Source: Podarcis liolepis (lineage: Eukaryota). From it: 64,000 bases of DNA. A program made the translations under genes and the position numbers. The stretch lies in assembly GCA_965112155.1 (NCBI GenBank), contig OZ218099.1; one strand, 5' to 3'. The stretch's first letter is position 1; every line of letters begins with the position of its first letter. The notes below the pieces were generated by a model. It made no database searches, had not been told where the DNA came from, and was given only the letters and a program-made list of their open reading frames with translations. Of this stretch, positions 34,955 through 48,353 are shown piece by piece.

Positions 34955-35275
34955 GAATAATAGAATTGTAGAGTTGAAGGGTACCCCGAGGGTCATCTAG
35001 TCCAACCCCCTGCAATACAGGAATCTCAACTAGATCATACATGAAAGATGGTCATCCAATCTCAGCTTAAAAACCTCCAAGGAAGGAAAGCCTGTCACCT
35101 CCCATGGAAGTCTGTTCCACTATCAAATATCTCTTACTGTCAGGAAATTCTTCCCGGTGTTCCATCAGAATCTTCCTTCTAGTAACTTGAATCCATCAAT
35201 TTGGGCCCTAGCGTCCGAAGCAGGAGAAAACCAGCTTGCTCCACCCTCCATGTGACAGCATTTCAGGTTTCTGAA
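34955..35275 (-). mobile_element. CR1 LINE 3' fragment, older
   Basis: Reverse complement resembles the CR1 3' end at 48354-48800 (TAGAATTGTAGAGTTG, TAGTCCAACCCCCTGC, TCTTACTGTCAGGAA). Confidence 0.8.
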
Positions 35276-35389
35276 GATATGTTTACCTGTGTTAAAATCC
35301 CCCTGCAGCAATGCAACTCAATATATCTTACCACAAGCTATCTCACAGGGTTGTGAGAATAAAATGAGAATTTTATTTATGCTGTCTTT

Positions 35390-35392
35390 TAT

Positions 35393-35460
<68 letters not shown>
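35390..35460. repeat. (TA)/(GACA)n/(CA)n compound microsatellite abutting a MITE terminus
   Basis: Seen directly. Confidence 0.95.
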
Positions 35461-35462
<2 letters not shown>

Positions 35463-35688
35463 GTACCTCGGGTTACATATGCTTCAGGTTACATATGCTT
35501 TAGGTTACAGACTCCGCTAACCCAGAAATAGTACCTCAGGTTAAGAACTTTGCTTCAGGATGAGAACAGAAATCGTGTGGCAGCAGCGGGAGGCCCCACT
35601 AGCTAAAGTGGTGCTTCAGGTTAAGAACAGTTTCAGGTTAAGAACAGACCTCCAGAACGAATTAAGTACGTAACCAGAGGTACCACTG
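35458..35688. mobile_element. Tc1/mariner MITE, family B
   Basis: Collinear with 18200-18413; right TIR followed by TA. Confidence 0.9.
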
Positions 35689-36133
35689 TATGTCTCTTCA
35701 CATTTTAGAATCAGTTATCACACCTCAAACTCTGTTTCACTGGCTGACATGTGCACCCTTTGTTTCCAAGACCTCGGGACAATCTCCTACCAAATACCAA
35801 GGTTCACTCCATCAGACAGAAACCTGCAAGATGCAGTGCAATCCAAAATGTTTCCATGTGCAACATATCATCTCTGCCCACTGAAGGCAACTTGAGACGT
35901 TCACATAAAGTGAGCCTCTCAGCACCTCTGTCTGCTGTTTCCAGCCCTTGTGAGAGAGCGGAGTGAGGAGATTCATCCATCCTCTGTGGCAAGTTATGTG
36001 TTGCTCCTTGCAGACATGCATCTTGGTATGGAGGATACATGCATCCACCTAGTGATGAGAGAAATAATCAGACTTCTGTCTGCTTCTTGTGAGCATCCTG
36101 CAGCTACCATGAGTCTCCAAACCCCAGCAGGTA

Positions 36134-36481
36134 CAGTGGTGCCCTGCAAGACGAATGCCTCGCAAGACAGAAAACTCGCTAGACGAAAGAGTTTTCCGTT
36201 TTGGAGGTGCTTCGCAAAACGAATCTCCTATGGGCTTGCTTCGCAAGACGACAATGTCTTGCGAGTTCCTGCTGGGTTTTTCCCCCCTTCCCCCCCTTTT
36301 GCTAAGCCGCTAAGCCGCTTATCAGCTGATCCGATCAGCAGATAAGCCGCTAAAAGCCTCTAAAAGCCGCTAATAGCGCTAATCCGCTAATCCTTCAATG
36401 GGCTTGCTTCGCAAGACGAAAAAAACCGCTAGACGAAGAGAATCACAGAACGGATTCTTTTCGTCTTGCGAGGCACCACTG
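36134..36481. mobile_element. Tc1/mariner MITE, family C
   Basis: Collinear with 29024-29358; TA on both sides. Confidence 0.92.
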
Positions 36482-36780
36482 TATTAGATCTTGCCAAGAT
36501 CTTGCAACTAGGATTTTAGGCTCATTGATGTCCAAATTTCTACTACTTAGTGCTAGATAAGACAGAGGGAGAAGATGCGGTAGCACTTTGAATTTTCTAC
36601 TTGCTTGCAGCTCACAAACCCCTCCTGTCTATATTTTGGAGGTGCTGCAAAGGATCCTGCATAGCAGTACTTAAAACCACCACCACTAGCACAGCTCTGG
36701 ATTCAGATGATCTCATGTATTGGCTGGATCAACAAGTGAGAGGAAATTGGGTGGCAGGGAGAAGTGCCCAAATTCTGATC

Positions 36781-37000
36781 ATTTATGTATTGATTGCATT
36801 TACCCCACCTTTTCCTCCAAAGAGCTCAAGGTGGCATAGGTGGTCTCCCCCCCATCTGATTTAATCTGCACAACAACCCTGTGAGGTAGGTCAGGCTGAG
36901 AGGCAGTGACTGGTGCAAGGTCACCCAGCGAGCTTTGGATTTGAACCCCAATCTCTTAGGTCCTAGCCCAACGCTCTAGCCACTACTCCCCACTGGCTCT
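36781..37000 (-). mobile_element. Older tRNA-derived SINE (Squam3-like)
   Basis: Minus strand AGAGCCAGTGGGGAGTAGTGGCTAGAGCG...GGTTCAAATCC...CTGGGTGACCTTG...CCTCACAGGGTTGTTGTG. Confidence 0.75.
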
Positions 37001-37058
37001 TCGGGGCTCATGTCTGACTAGTGAGCATTTATTAAAAATTAGGAATGATTTTCTTTGC

Positions 37059-37397
37059 TTTTTAGTCGTTTAGTCGTGTCCGACTCTTTATGACCCCATG
37101 GACCAGAGCACACCAGGCACTCCTGTCTTCCACTGCCTCCCGCAGTTTGGTCAAACTCATGCTGGTAGCTTCGAGAACACTATCCAACCATCTCGTCCTC
37201 TGTCGTCCCCTTCTCCTTGTGCCCTCCATCTTTCCCAACATCAGGGTCTTTTCCAGGGAGTCTTCTCTTCTCATGAGGTGGCCAAAGTATTGGAGCCTCA
37301 GCTTCACGATCTGTCCTTCCAGTGAGCACTCAGGGCTGATTTCCTTCAGAATGGAGAGGCTTGATCTTCTTACAGTCCGTGGGACTCGCAAGAGTCT
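37059..37397 (-). mobile_element. RTE-BovB LINE 3' fragment, frame intact
   Basis: 109-aa ORF matching the BovB C-terminus and the other two copies. Confidence 0.95.
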
Positions 37398-38149
37398 TAG
37401 CTTTTCTTAGTTTTAGTATTATGTTCCTCAGCTTGCTTGCGTTATCTGCAATTCTGTGCCTTGCAGGTAGCTTTTGATGACGTCCTTGCTCCACCCTCGT
37501 GGAGTTTAACATTGTTAAACTCTTGAGTCCTGAATCATAATTTGCTTTTCTGCCTTTGTCCAATTTGTGCACCACCACTCCAAAGTCACCAGCCAATCCG
37601 GAAATTTGTTTTCAGCCCCGCTCAGCTAAATCCTCTCAGCATACAAGTGTTTCCTGCCTTTCTTGGTAAAATAACCTTCCCATCACCATTTGTTCCCTCT
37701 TATTGTGCTCCTGAAAAAGAAGTCGTTCCTGAAGTATATGAATCATGTGGCATTTGTTTCATCTGTAGCATTGAACTACTGTGCCTGTCCAGATGAGTCA
37801 TGTTCAGTAGTTGGCATTTACAGCATGAACTCTTTTTCTTTTTGCCTAATCTCCTTCAGGCTAATCCCCCTGGTCCCTGTCAGCTTGCTGAAATGGCCCT
37901 TCTGGAGCACAGTGTTCAAACATGAACAGGCTGCTGCTGCTGCTGCTGCTGAACTCACAAAGCTGTACCAGGCCTTTGAGACCAAAGCATCAGATATGTT
38001 CAAATGCTGTTAGGAAAAATTCTATTGAGGGCAGAATTGACTAACAGCTGTAGCTATATGTGGGTGTGTGGATAGAGCCCAACAATTTGCACGGGATATG
38101 ATTTGGGGTCTATGGGCTATGTGACTTGTCAGCCATACTTACTGTTTTA

Positions 38150-38824
38150 TTTTTTTTATTTTTTTTATAAATATTTATTAAGATTTTACAAATTATAACA
38201 GACATATCAATACACACAAACACAAAATAAAAAAAAAAGAACAAGTATAATTTCCAAACCTTATTTTCTTAAAACTTATTTCACCGACCTCCTCATACCT
38301 CCCCTTTCTGCATTCCCATTTCAAAATTTAGTTCAGCAAATCCTCCCCCTTAATTTTATCTAATTGTCATCCTTACTTTTCTTTCACTTAATCTTTACAG
38401 CTGTACTCCATTTGATTTTGAAAACCACATCATTCTAAGACTCATAAATTTTACAATACTTCTTAAGATAATTCTTAAATTTCTTCCAATCTTCTTCCGC
38501 CGTCTCTTTTCCCTGGTCTCGGATTCTGCCAGTCATTTCTGCTAGTCCCATGTAGTCTATCACCTTCATCTGCCATTCTTCCAGGGTGGGTATATCTTGT
38601 GTCTTCCAATACTTTGTGATGAGTATTCTTGCTGCTGTTGTAGCATACATAAAGAATGTTCTATCTTTCTTTTGCACCAATTGGCCGACAATGCCCAGGA
38701 GAAAGGCCTCTGGTTTCTTAGGAAAGGTATATTTAAATACCTTTTTCATTTCATTATATATCATTTCCCAGAAAGCCTTAATCCTTGGGCACGTCCACCA
38801 AAGGTGAAAAAAAGTACCTTCAAT
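38150..38824 (-). mobile_element. L1 LINE 3' fragment, young
   Basis: ORF2 C-terminus GTFFHLWWTCPRIKAFWEMI...AARILITKYWK..PTLEEW open to its stop; AATAAA and A-rich tail; perfect 16-bp TSD CATACTTACTGTTTTA (38134-38149, 38825-38840). Confidence 0.93.
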
Positions 38825-40221
38825 CATACTTACTGTTTTAGCTTTGTGCAAATTGGTGAACTTTTCTCCTCTTCTTCCCAACAGCAAAGTTGCCATGCTT
38901 TTGTGTAGGGTTCCAAAACTCTACCACACAGCCACACAGACAAATAAACACACTTTAAGACTGGTAACAAAAAAGGAACTCAAATCTGTACTGGCATATC
39001 CCCTGGGTGGGTGTTTTGCTATGCAGTTTAAGTTGGGGGTTTTCACTGAATTAAAGGATGCGGATCCTATGTTGAATCATATTCTGGGGCTCTTATATCT
39101 CTATAGTACAGAGAAAGCTGGTTGTCTAGCATGAGTTGGATTTAAAAAGAGGCAGCTATAAAAACATACACTTTTCTCAATGATACCCCCACTTTAGGAC
39201 CTTTGTAGTAAAGTAATTTCTCCACAACTGGCAGTACTGGTGCTGTTCCCCTGTAATGTGGTTAGAAAACAACCCCACACGTTCAGGGTTCTGAATTGAA
39301 AGAAACTTTGCACTTGCAGCATTTTATGTGCATGTCTCATACAGGGGTGTTCACAGTTAGTTTCACTTATAGCAGGCACCCTGTTTAGAATTGGTTCTCA
39401 CTCCCTAGAATGTTTGGGCATGGCTCAGTCAAGTTTCCTAGACCTTGACATGGGTGAGGATGAATGATGGCAGAAAATTTTTAATTGGTAATCAGTTGGG
39501 ATTTCATGTCCCATATTTGGACCATGCTCTTTTGGTTTTAATCAATCTCTTCTTTTCTGCAATTCTGGTTTGCAAATAAACATTTGGGGGGGGGGAAGAA
39601 TGTTAATTGCACCTTTGAAAATATATTGTATCTATTCATTATATTATAGGGTTGCCATATTCCCAAAAGTGAAAATCTGGACAAAGTCGTTGAGCTCTCT
39701 TTTTGGGGAATCATCAGTTTTGGGGAGTTAAGAATTTGTAAGAATGGCATAAAATCTGATATTGCAAGTTCACTTTATTTTAGGTAGTTTGTAAGTTTTC
39801 ATGGCACTTTGTAAGTAATTGTCTCTTTCTCACATATTTGATAAATGGTGTAAAATTATTTCCGAACAACTGTGTGAATATTTGTTGCCAATGTGCTGTA
39901 CAAGTTGCACTATCTTTATTAACGGCACAGGTTTCATTTTTCTAGCAACACTTACGAAGTAAGCAGAAAGCAAGTTAAAATAGGTGTGTAGCAGGGTGTG
40001 TATATGAGAGAGACAGAGAGAGACAGAGAGAGATGCAGCTTTGGCCAATTTTGTGGGATTTGTAAGTATGCCCAGTTCCATTACACCTAACCTTGCCCAA
40101 GTGGCTGGATGCTCGGCATTTCTTACACAGCTACAGAAGGATAGCCCAATAGGTGGCTTTGACGTCGTCTTCTACCATGCAGATTTCTGATGTACTCACT
40201 GATTTCCACCCCCATCTGCAG

Positions 40222-40347
40222 ACATCCATACGGAGGCAGTGCAAGCTGCATTGGCAAAACACAAGGAACAGAAGATGGCCCTGCCCATGCCAACAAAAAG
40301 ACGGTCCACGTTTGTACAGTCTCCAGCTGATGCCTGCACCCCTCCAG
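40222..40347 (+). CDS. DIP2B: DIP2B coding exon 4 (126 bp, phase 1-1)
   Basis: ctgcag|...CCA G|gttaga; (D)IHTEAVQAALAKHKEQKMALPMPTKRRSTFVQSPADACTPP. Confidence 0.97.
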
Positions 40348-41565
40348 GTTAGAGATCTACCCCTATCTGCTTGAATTCCTGATTGGAATCTTAAATTTGC
40401 AATAGCGTTTCAGTTGGCTCTTCTTTCACACTTGAGCCGCGGTTAAAGAATTCCATTTTTTTCTCTTTATGTCCTCACACTTATGGTTGGTGTTTGTTTT
40501 GATAAGAGGTGAAAGCTGTTTACCCTTCATAAGTCTCTGAAATGAAAAATCTTTGTGTTTTTGTCTTAATCCATAATTTACATCCAAAGGATCTGAAGCT
40601 TGCACATGGGTAATGAGAATTAAAATACTTTACAATTAATCAGTTCAAGTGCAGCAATTGTTTTCAGCGTTTGGAGGGCTGAGTCCTACTACTTAAGAAG
40701 AAATAGTGAAGAATGGAGTGCTCCTGAGTGTGTGCAGAGTTGATTTTTCTCACTGCTGTCTCATCAGATTATACTGGATTAGGCTACAGGGCTTTCATAT
40801 GGTAGGGCAGGGCTTCCAGGCAGGCTTTTAAACGTTAACCGCAACCACTTACCGTGTGGTTGGCAGGCGTTTCCTGTTCATAGAGCGGCCTGAGGTGGTC
40901 CTTATTTACTGAGATCTCCAATAAAAGAGATCAGATGGCTTTGCTACAGATCCCGGTGGTTTTGCTATCAAACATTAATGAGTACACATTTCTTTTTCTC
41001 AGGCTGCACCGTGAGTGAAGTGAAGGGCTGTGTAAAAACAGCTTTACACACTTAGTGTGCTTAGGCTCATGCCAACAGTCCTGTAATGTCTGGGTGTTAC
41101 ACTCTTCTCATTCAAGTAAAATAGGGGAAAAAATCAGCATTGTAGTGAGACGGTGGTGAAGCTATTCAGCCTTTTTACAACATAAGTTGCTTTATAGTCG
41201 GGGTGGGGCCCATATCTTGACCCCCAGCCCCCTGCCATATTTACCAGCAGTAGTTGTGCTGTTCTAAGAAAAGTCAGATGTAGCAGTGAGGATAGCAGCA
41301 TAGGGGGCTTGCGAGGGTAAGGGAACTACACAGAATTCAGCAGAAGAGCTCAGTGTGCTTCTGGGAATTTTTATAGGAGCACATGGAAATCATTTGAGAG
41401 GATCAGAAATGAACATATGAACATGGCCAGCCTTGGGACCAAATTGGAAGTAGTGATCTCCCCACATCCTTTTCGCAGCTCCAAATCACTAACCAACTTT
41501 AAAAGTCTTCAGGACTGTCTGTGGCCAAAGTGAACATCTTACACATCTTACTAATTCCTGACCTA

Positions 41566-41757
41566 AAAGGTAAAGGTAAAGGGACCCCTGACCATTAGGT
41601 CCAGTCGTGACCAACTCTGGGGTTGCGGCGCTCATCTCGCTTTATTGGCTGAGGGAGCCGGCGTACATTTTCCGGGTCATGTGGCCAGCATGACTAAGCT
41701 GCTTCTGGCGAACCAGAGCAGCGCACAGAAACGCCGTTTACCTTCCCGCCGGAGCGG
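41566..41757 (-). mobile_element. Sauria SINE 3' half
   Basis: Closely matches the 8754 copy; perfect 13-bp TSD AATTCCTGACCTA. Confidence 0.93.
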
Positions 41758-43985
41758 AATTCCTGACCTAGGATGTAATTAAAAAAATGTAAACATTGGG
41801 TGGTGTTGGAGTTTGAATTATCTACAAGTTAATTTTCAGTTTGAGTTTCATTTATTGTCAATTTGTTTTCAATTCATTTTAATCATAAAAATAAATAAAT
41901 GGAGACCCCACAGTAATTAGGATTGCCCTTCAAGTTAATTTAGGGAGTTAATTTAGGTTGCCCTCTAAACTTCTAGTTTAGCCTTGGAAAGGGCTTTCTT
42001 TCTTTCTTTGGCCTCACCCTGTTTTAGCTTTGGCCCACACACCTTTTTGCCATGTGGACCCTCCAGAGAGTTTGCCATGAGGCTTATCATAAGATTCTCT
42101 CTTGCCTGGTTACAAGATGGCTTCCTTGGTTGATGTGGCAGGTTGGTCTGCATTTCCTTCTTTTGAGCAGAGCTAGATGGCAGCACATAAGCTAAACTCT
42201 TCCCTATTTGACATTTCTTGAACCCAAGTTCTAGAGCCACTGTGGGGTCAAGTTAATTGCTTTTGAACACGCCGTTATGACTAATGAGCTAGTAAATGTA
42301 CAAAGATGGCATTCAGATGCTCCCATTCTAGTGGAATTCAGGGAAAGCTGCACGATTTTATGGCCCCTGATTATGCATTTGAAAAAATTCCGTATACTGT
42401 ATAGTCAACAGAGTCTATTCACAGGAGCAATTACTGCTCCCCTTATTGTAAACTTGCGATATTAGAACTGAGCAGCTTATTCAGCGTAATAATTCTCATT
42501 AATGTGCCAGTGATTTGGGGACACTCATTTCTGTCAGTCTTCTGGGTGTTTGATTAACAGGAATTTGGGGTTCATGGTGCCAACCAGCTGTTAACTGTCA
42601 GTGGGGACAGACAGCAGCCCTGGGAAAAGTGAATCTCCTTATGGCTTTGATCAGCCTTGACAGCACTACTCAGGATAGCTGATTAATGGTGATCAAAGTG
42701 GTGGAGACATAATTGCTTGGCTCATGAGCTTTAAGCAGCATTTGGGCAATGGAGCGCCCACTCCATAAATAAGAAGCCATGTATAAGTTTAGTTGAACTT
42801 TCTGTTAGTGCACCCCCTACCCCCCCAGCAGCATCATAACATTGGATAGGTTGTAAGTGTGGGTAGCCTCTTCCAAAATCTGAATCCACTCGGAGCATGA
42901 GACTCTTAATCTCTAGTGAGAATAAACTAACATCTGAAACCACTGTTTTATCCTGGCTTGTTCTCACTAACCATAGTTTAAACAGGTAATTGGGAACTTG
43001 TAGTCCTCCAGACACTGATAGACTACAGCTACCACCCCGGCCATTGGCACTGCTGCTTGGACCAAATTCAACATCATCTGAATGCCCCGCAGATTCACGA
43101 ATCCTGGTTTAAAGAAACTAGTTTCATGAGCTCAGATGTCACCTTTAGAAATCACTACCACCTTGGCCTTTTAATGCTTCTGCTGCAGCCAACTTTACTC
43201 AGTCAAAAGCACAATGTAGGCTTGACTACAAACTCACACACAGGGGGGTGAAGGAGAAATATCCTCAGGATTTTAATCCTTGTTGTACATGTGGCTGTTT
43301 GCTGATATGCTGGTCCACATGACTGAGTAATATCTAAGGACACAAAGGACCCCTACAAATAGAGATGCTGAAGTAATATAACCTCATGACATTAGGGAAT
43401 GAATTCAGGCTCACACTGAGAAATGAGATGGCAGTAATTCAAGTCCTCTGAAAAGAATCTGAATTTCTACACAATTAGGTCACCCACGAGGAACTTGGGA
43501 GCCCTCATACTGGGCTAAATGCTACAAACCCCCTCCCCATGTGTGCAGTCTTCTGCATTTGATCCGGAGAAAAAGACAGCATTAAGGTTCATTAACCACT
43601 CCCAGTAGGGCTTGTAGTGGTTTTTAAAGACATTGAACATTTAAAGGCATAACCATAACCCACAGCACATGACAGGTTTAATGGAGGATATCACTTCCTT
43701 GGAGCCAAAACAAGAGACTTGTTCAGCCTGAATTCACAGGGAAGAGAAACCAAGTTGCTCTGTGATCTCAGGGCAGCTCCATGTTTTATGCTAATATATT
43801 TGCTGCCAGCATATCATAAAGTACCCTGCAGCACATGCATGATATGCACATCACACATATATGTACATATCATGGGTGGCCTAAATAAAGGCATTGTCTA
43901 AATATGAATTCTCTAATCTTTTTTATGGGTCAAGATGACTACCTTTAGTTTTTGCATGTGCGCACACACATTAAAAACCATTGTA

Positions 43986-44218
43986 CAGTGGTACCTCGGG
44001 TCACATACACTTCAGGTTACATACGCTTCAGATTACAAACCCAGAAATAGTACCTCGGGTTAATAACTTTGCTTCAGGATGAGAACAGAAATCGTGCTCC
44101 GGCGGCGCGGCAGCAGCCGGAGGCCCCATTAGCTAAAGTGGTGCTTCAGGTTAAGAACAGTTTCAGGTTAAGAACAGACCTCTGGAACGAATTAAGTACT
44201 TAACCCGAGGTACCACTG
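43986..44218. mobile_element. Tc1/mariner MITE, family B
   Basis: TIRs CAGTGGTACCTCGGGT / ACCCGAGGTACCACTG; collinear with the other family B copies. Confidence 0.9.
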
Positions 44219-44857
44219 TGTATGTATCTAGATAACCTGGCCCAATAAAGTTTTCCAGGCACATGCATAGATCCGTGTGTATCTGTGTATCATCTATAGT
44301 GTATTTGTTTGCTGCAAAAAACACTGACATAACAGTAGTGTACACAACACAAACCTATTTGCAGCACAAAGCATGGAGCTTCGCTTTACAAACGAATGGT
44401 TCACTGTGGGATGAGCTTCCATTGGGCAATACTCCTTAGAAGCCATTACCAACTTGGTACCCTTCCTATGTTTTACAATTCCAATCAGCTCAACCAGCAC
44501 CTGAGAGTTGTAGTCCAAAACATCTGCCAGGCACCAGGTGGTCAAGGGCTGGTCTACAGCATCAGATGGAACCCTAGAAAAGAACCTCAAAGGTCACCTT
44601 GTCCAAACTCGTGCCAAGACAGGAAATCTAGTTACAACATTATTGATAGTTGAGCATCTAACCTCTGCTTAAAACAGTTTCTGAGTTCAGATGCCACAGG
44701 GAACTGTAGTTAGTTTATAACCAAAAGCTTCTTTTTCTTGTAGGAAACCATGGTTTTCCGTTGCGTCTAAATCAGGTGATTGAGGGTAATTTCGAGGCTG
44801 AGCACATGAATGCTCATATGATGGTTCAGGGGTAGAATTTCCTGGGCTCAGGACCTT

Positions 44858-45110
44858 AGCCAGTGTGGGGTAGTGGTTAAGAGCGGTAGTCTCGTAATCT
44901 GGGGAACCAGGTTCGCGTCTCCGCTCCTCCACATGCAGCTGCTGGGTGACCTTGGGCCAGTCACACTTCTTTGAAGTCTCTCAGCCCCACTCACCTCTCA
45001 GAGTGTCTGTTGTGGGGGAGGAAGGGAAAGGAGAATGTTAGCCGCTTTGAGACTCCTTAAAGGGAGTGAAAGGCGGTATATCAAATCCAAACTCTTCTTC
45101 TTCTCTTCTT
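44858..45110 (+). mobile_element. tRNA-derived SINE, Squam3-type with (CTT)n tail
   Basis: A box (GTGGGGTAGTGG), B box (GGTTCGCGTCTCC), CTT tail; highly similar to the copy at 61397. Confidence 0.9.
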
Positions 45111-46355
45111 AGAAGACTGAAGCAGAATGTATTGATGGGTATTTCTTTTGACCTTTGCCAGACCAGATGCTTTAAATGTAATGTGTTCCCCTTGCAGGAA
45201 AAGCGAAAAAGGAAAAAAATTATAGACCCTCTCAACACCCATTGCTATTCTCCCAGAATGGACCGGTATGGGGCAAAATTGAACTGGACACATGTGCAGC
45301 AGGGGTGTCTTGGAACGTTATAGACTGGTCTGGAAGTGTATCATGAACCAGAGGGCTGCAGTTAATTTTTATCTTCTAGTTTCATCTTAACCAAGGCATC
45401 CATTTATTGCAAATGTAGAGAGTACATTTGGTGGACCTCCTGTTCCTATTCTAAAATATTATTCCGAAGTCCACATGGGGGTAGAAATTGAGTTGGCCTT
45501 TTGAAACATTTTAGTTAATAAGAGTTTAAATGAAATAAAACAGATTTGCTTATCTTTCTACTCGCAATTTGTTACCCAGCAAGCTTTATTTTATTTTTTT
45601 GCCCTTACACACATTTCCTTCTGCAGCTGAAGGAACCTTCTGATGTTGTCTTAGCAGCATAGAAACTGTTGCAGTGTGTTAACAGAATGGCACAGGCAGA
45701 ATGGGCAGTGCAGCAGCTGCTGCCATGCTGCTAAGATAATGTTGAACGGCCCTATGAGAGCTAAAATATGTTTTTTATTTATTTACCTACATTTATATAT
45801 CCTGTCCGAATGCAGGGCAGCATGCATGTGGTTCCCTGGTAATCACCTTCAGACCGTACCCAGACATTGCAAATTAAAATTACCATTTGAACCATGAATC
45901 CAGTTTAGGATTAGGGTCAGGAAAGATTGGATGCTTTCATGGAGTGTGCCATAGCTTCAGCCTGTATCTTCCTCCCTTCTTTCTGGAGAATGTTTAGGGT
46001 TGCGGGATAAAGGTGCAGGCTCTCTGTGTTCTGTGTGCTTCCCAGTGGAGAATGCTCAATTTAGATGATATTTTCCAGCTTCCTGGTCTACAAAGCTGGG
46101 AGTGAGTGTTGGAGCTGATTGTTCCTCTGTCTCATCCTTTCCTCCTTTGCCAAATGCCAGTCTCAGTGCAAAGAATCTGGCTTGTATTAAACCAGAGTTC
46201 CCCATTATAGCTGAACCAGGGATCTCTGCCTTAATACTGTATTGGTTAACCAACCAGGAAAACTAAGTTATGATGTGATCCATGAGGTATGAAGCCAGGA
46301 ATGATCTTTTGTGTGTGTGTCTCAGGAGAAAGATCATCTGTCTGTTTTGCGAATA

Positions 46356-46574
46356 CAGTGGTACCTCCGGTTGTGGACGGGATCCGTTCCAGAGCTCCGT
46401 TCGGATCCCAGGGTTTCCACAACCGGAGGTGCCTGTTCTGCGCATGCGTGTGGCGCAGTAGAGTGCTTCTGCACATGCGTGAGCAGCGAAACACAGAAAA
46501 ATACTTCCAGGTTTGCAGCTTTCACAACCCGAAGTTTATGTTACCCAAGGGTAACGTAAGCTGAGGTTCTACGG
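46356..46574. mobile_element. Tc1/mariner MITE, family A
   Basis: TA|CAGTGGTACCTC start; collinear with 12597-12822. Confidence 0.8.
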
Positions 46575-48353
46575 TATCTCCTTTGAGTACAGGTTGCATG
46601 CTATTCAACCTACATTTTAAAACTTTGTCAAAGTTAAACAAGACGTGCTTTTTAAAGCAACCTACATAAGCTTTAGTGAAATGATACAGCAAGGAGTTTA
46701 AAAAACAACTTTGATGCTGAATCATGTAGCTGACTCAAGTTATAGGCAAGCCTAGGATGTGACACTTTGAAAGATGTTAGATATCAGTTCAGTGGGTGCG
46801 GATATTTTCCATACCTGATTATCATATAGCAATAGTCCCTACAATAACCACTCCGTGTTTTCCATTCAGCTCTAGGAATGCTGGGCAGACATGGAATGTT
46901 TCCCACCCAGTGATTTGAATTCTCCAGAGTCTATTAAAAGCCAAATTTAACACAGGATGCTTTTAGTGAATCAAGTATTTTCCTAATAGTTTATCACTTT
47001 GTTCTTGACTAGCTCGACAGCAATTTTGTGTGTTTTTTTAAAGGGAGGTGCACTTTTATGCCCAGCAACACATTATCTTTGCCAGCCCTGAGTTCTTTCT
47101 CCAGCACTGCCTGTTTCAAGTTTTAATTATTTATATGGCCTCTTTTTTTAGTAGCTGGGTTATATAATCCTGCAAAAGATGCATATAGAATTAACTTTGC
47201 AAAGGCTTTTGCCAGCCTTGAAGCTTAAAATCTATCGCTTTGCTTTTGCATGGTAAAAATATTCAGCATTTATTTTTGATGGCTGTATTAATTGTGGTGT
47301 TCCATTTAGGCACCATTTTTTTATTATTTGAGTGCTGGCTTAGGCAAATCTATTGAGTCACGTGACTGGAAAATATCTATTGGTTGCCAGTCAAGATGTC
47401 AAATGAAAGCACAAAGCTTTTTTTACTTGTGTCCCGCCAGCCACTTGATCTCATGCGCAGAGATTGTTTTGGAATGTGGTAAAAAATAAGTGATGATTAG
47501 ACTGAATCAGATTAAATCTTCTGCATGCAATTTCTATATGCTGGAGTAGATGGGGAGGGAGCCTTTTGTCCCTGCTTACTGGATACTCTTGGGTCAATTG
47601 TCTTTTAACTTAGGCTAGAATTCTAATCCTACTTACCTGGAAGTGAGCCCCATTGAATTCAATAGGATGTAGTTATGAGTAGACATGAATTCAATTGCAA
47701 TGTTACTCCACGGTGGTGTTCTGAGGTTAAATGGGTTTCCCCACCCCAGTGTAGGATGCCCTGATCTCCCTGGTGGAGAGGCTGGCACAGTTCAGCTCTC
47801 TTCTCAACTTCTGAACTTAACATCAATTGAGCCAACTCTGCAGTACCCTTCCCGTGGCCTTCCCAGGGTCCATTTGCCCATCAAAAAACAAAACAAAGCT
47901 TTGTTTCCCTCTCTTCACTACCACTTCCTGCCTGCCATGAATTTTACATGCATAAGAAGGGCTGCTGTCAAGAATTCTGAGCTTACCAGCTGGAGGTCAA
48001 CCATTCAAGGAAACCACCTCTCACTTCATAGGGGGGGGGGTAACTTGGAAAGTTTATTAGTTGCATTGCGCTATTAGGTGCACCCAAAGTATTCTCAGCC
48101 ACTTGTTGGTCGGCGCTTCTAGATTTGTGCACATTTCCTCTACAGTTGTTAAAGAAGCAAGACAATGGTCCTTTCCATGCACTTATTTACAAAGAGGAAC
48201 AGTCTTCGGGGAAGGAACTAGGTCTAAGAATCGCCTCTTCTTGGCAAGACCAGTGCAAGTGCAGCATAGTTTCCTGTACCAACAATATCTGTGAGTCACA
48301 GATTGCAAGGAAATGGAGACCTTATTCTTGATAGCAGCCCTTCTAAGGCCAGG

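Noticed and set aside
26505-37410. Long plus-strand ORFs (204, 213, 110 and 106 aa) over BovB copies
   Set aside because: Antisense open frames of BovB fragments, not host genes.
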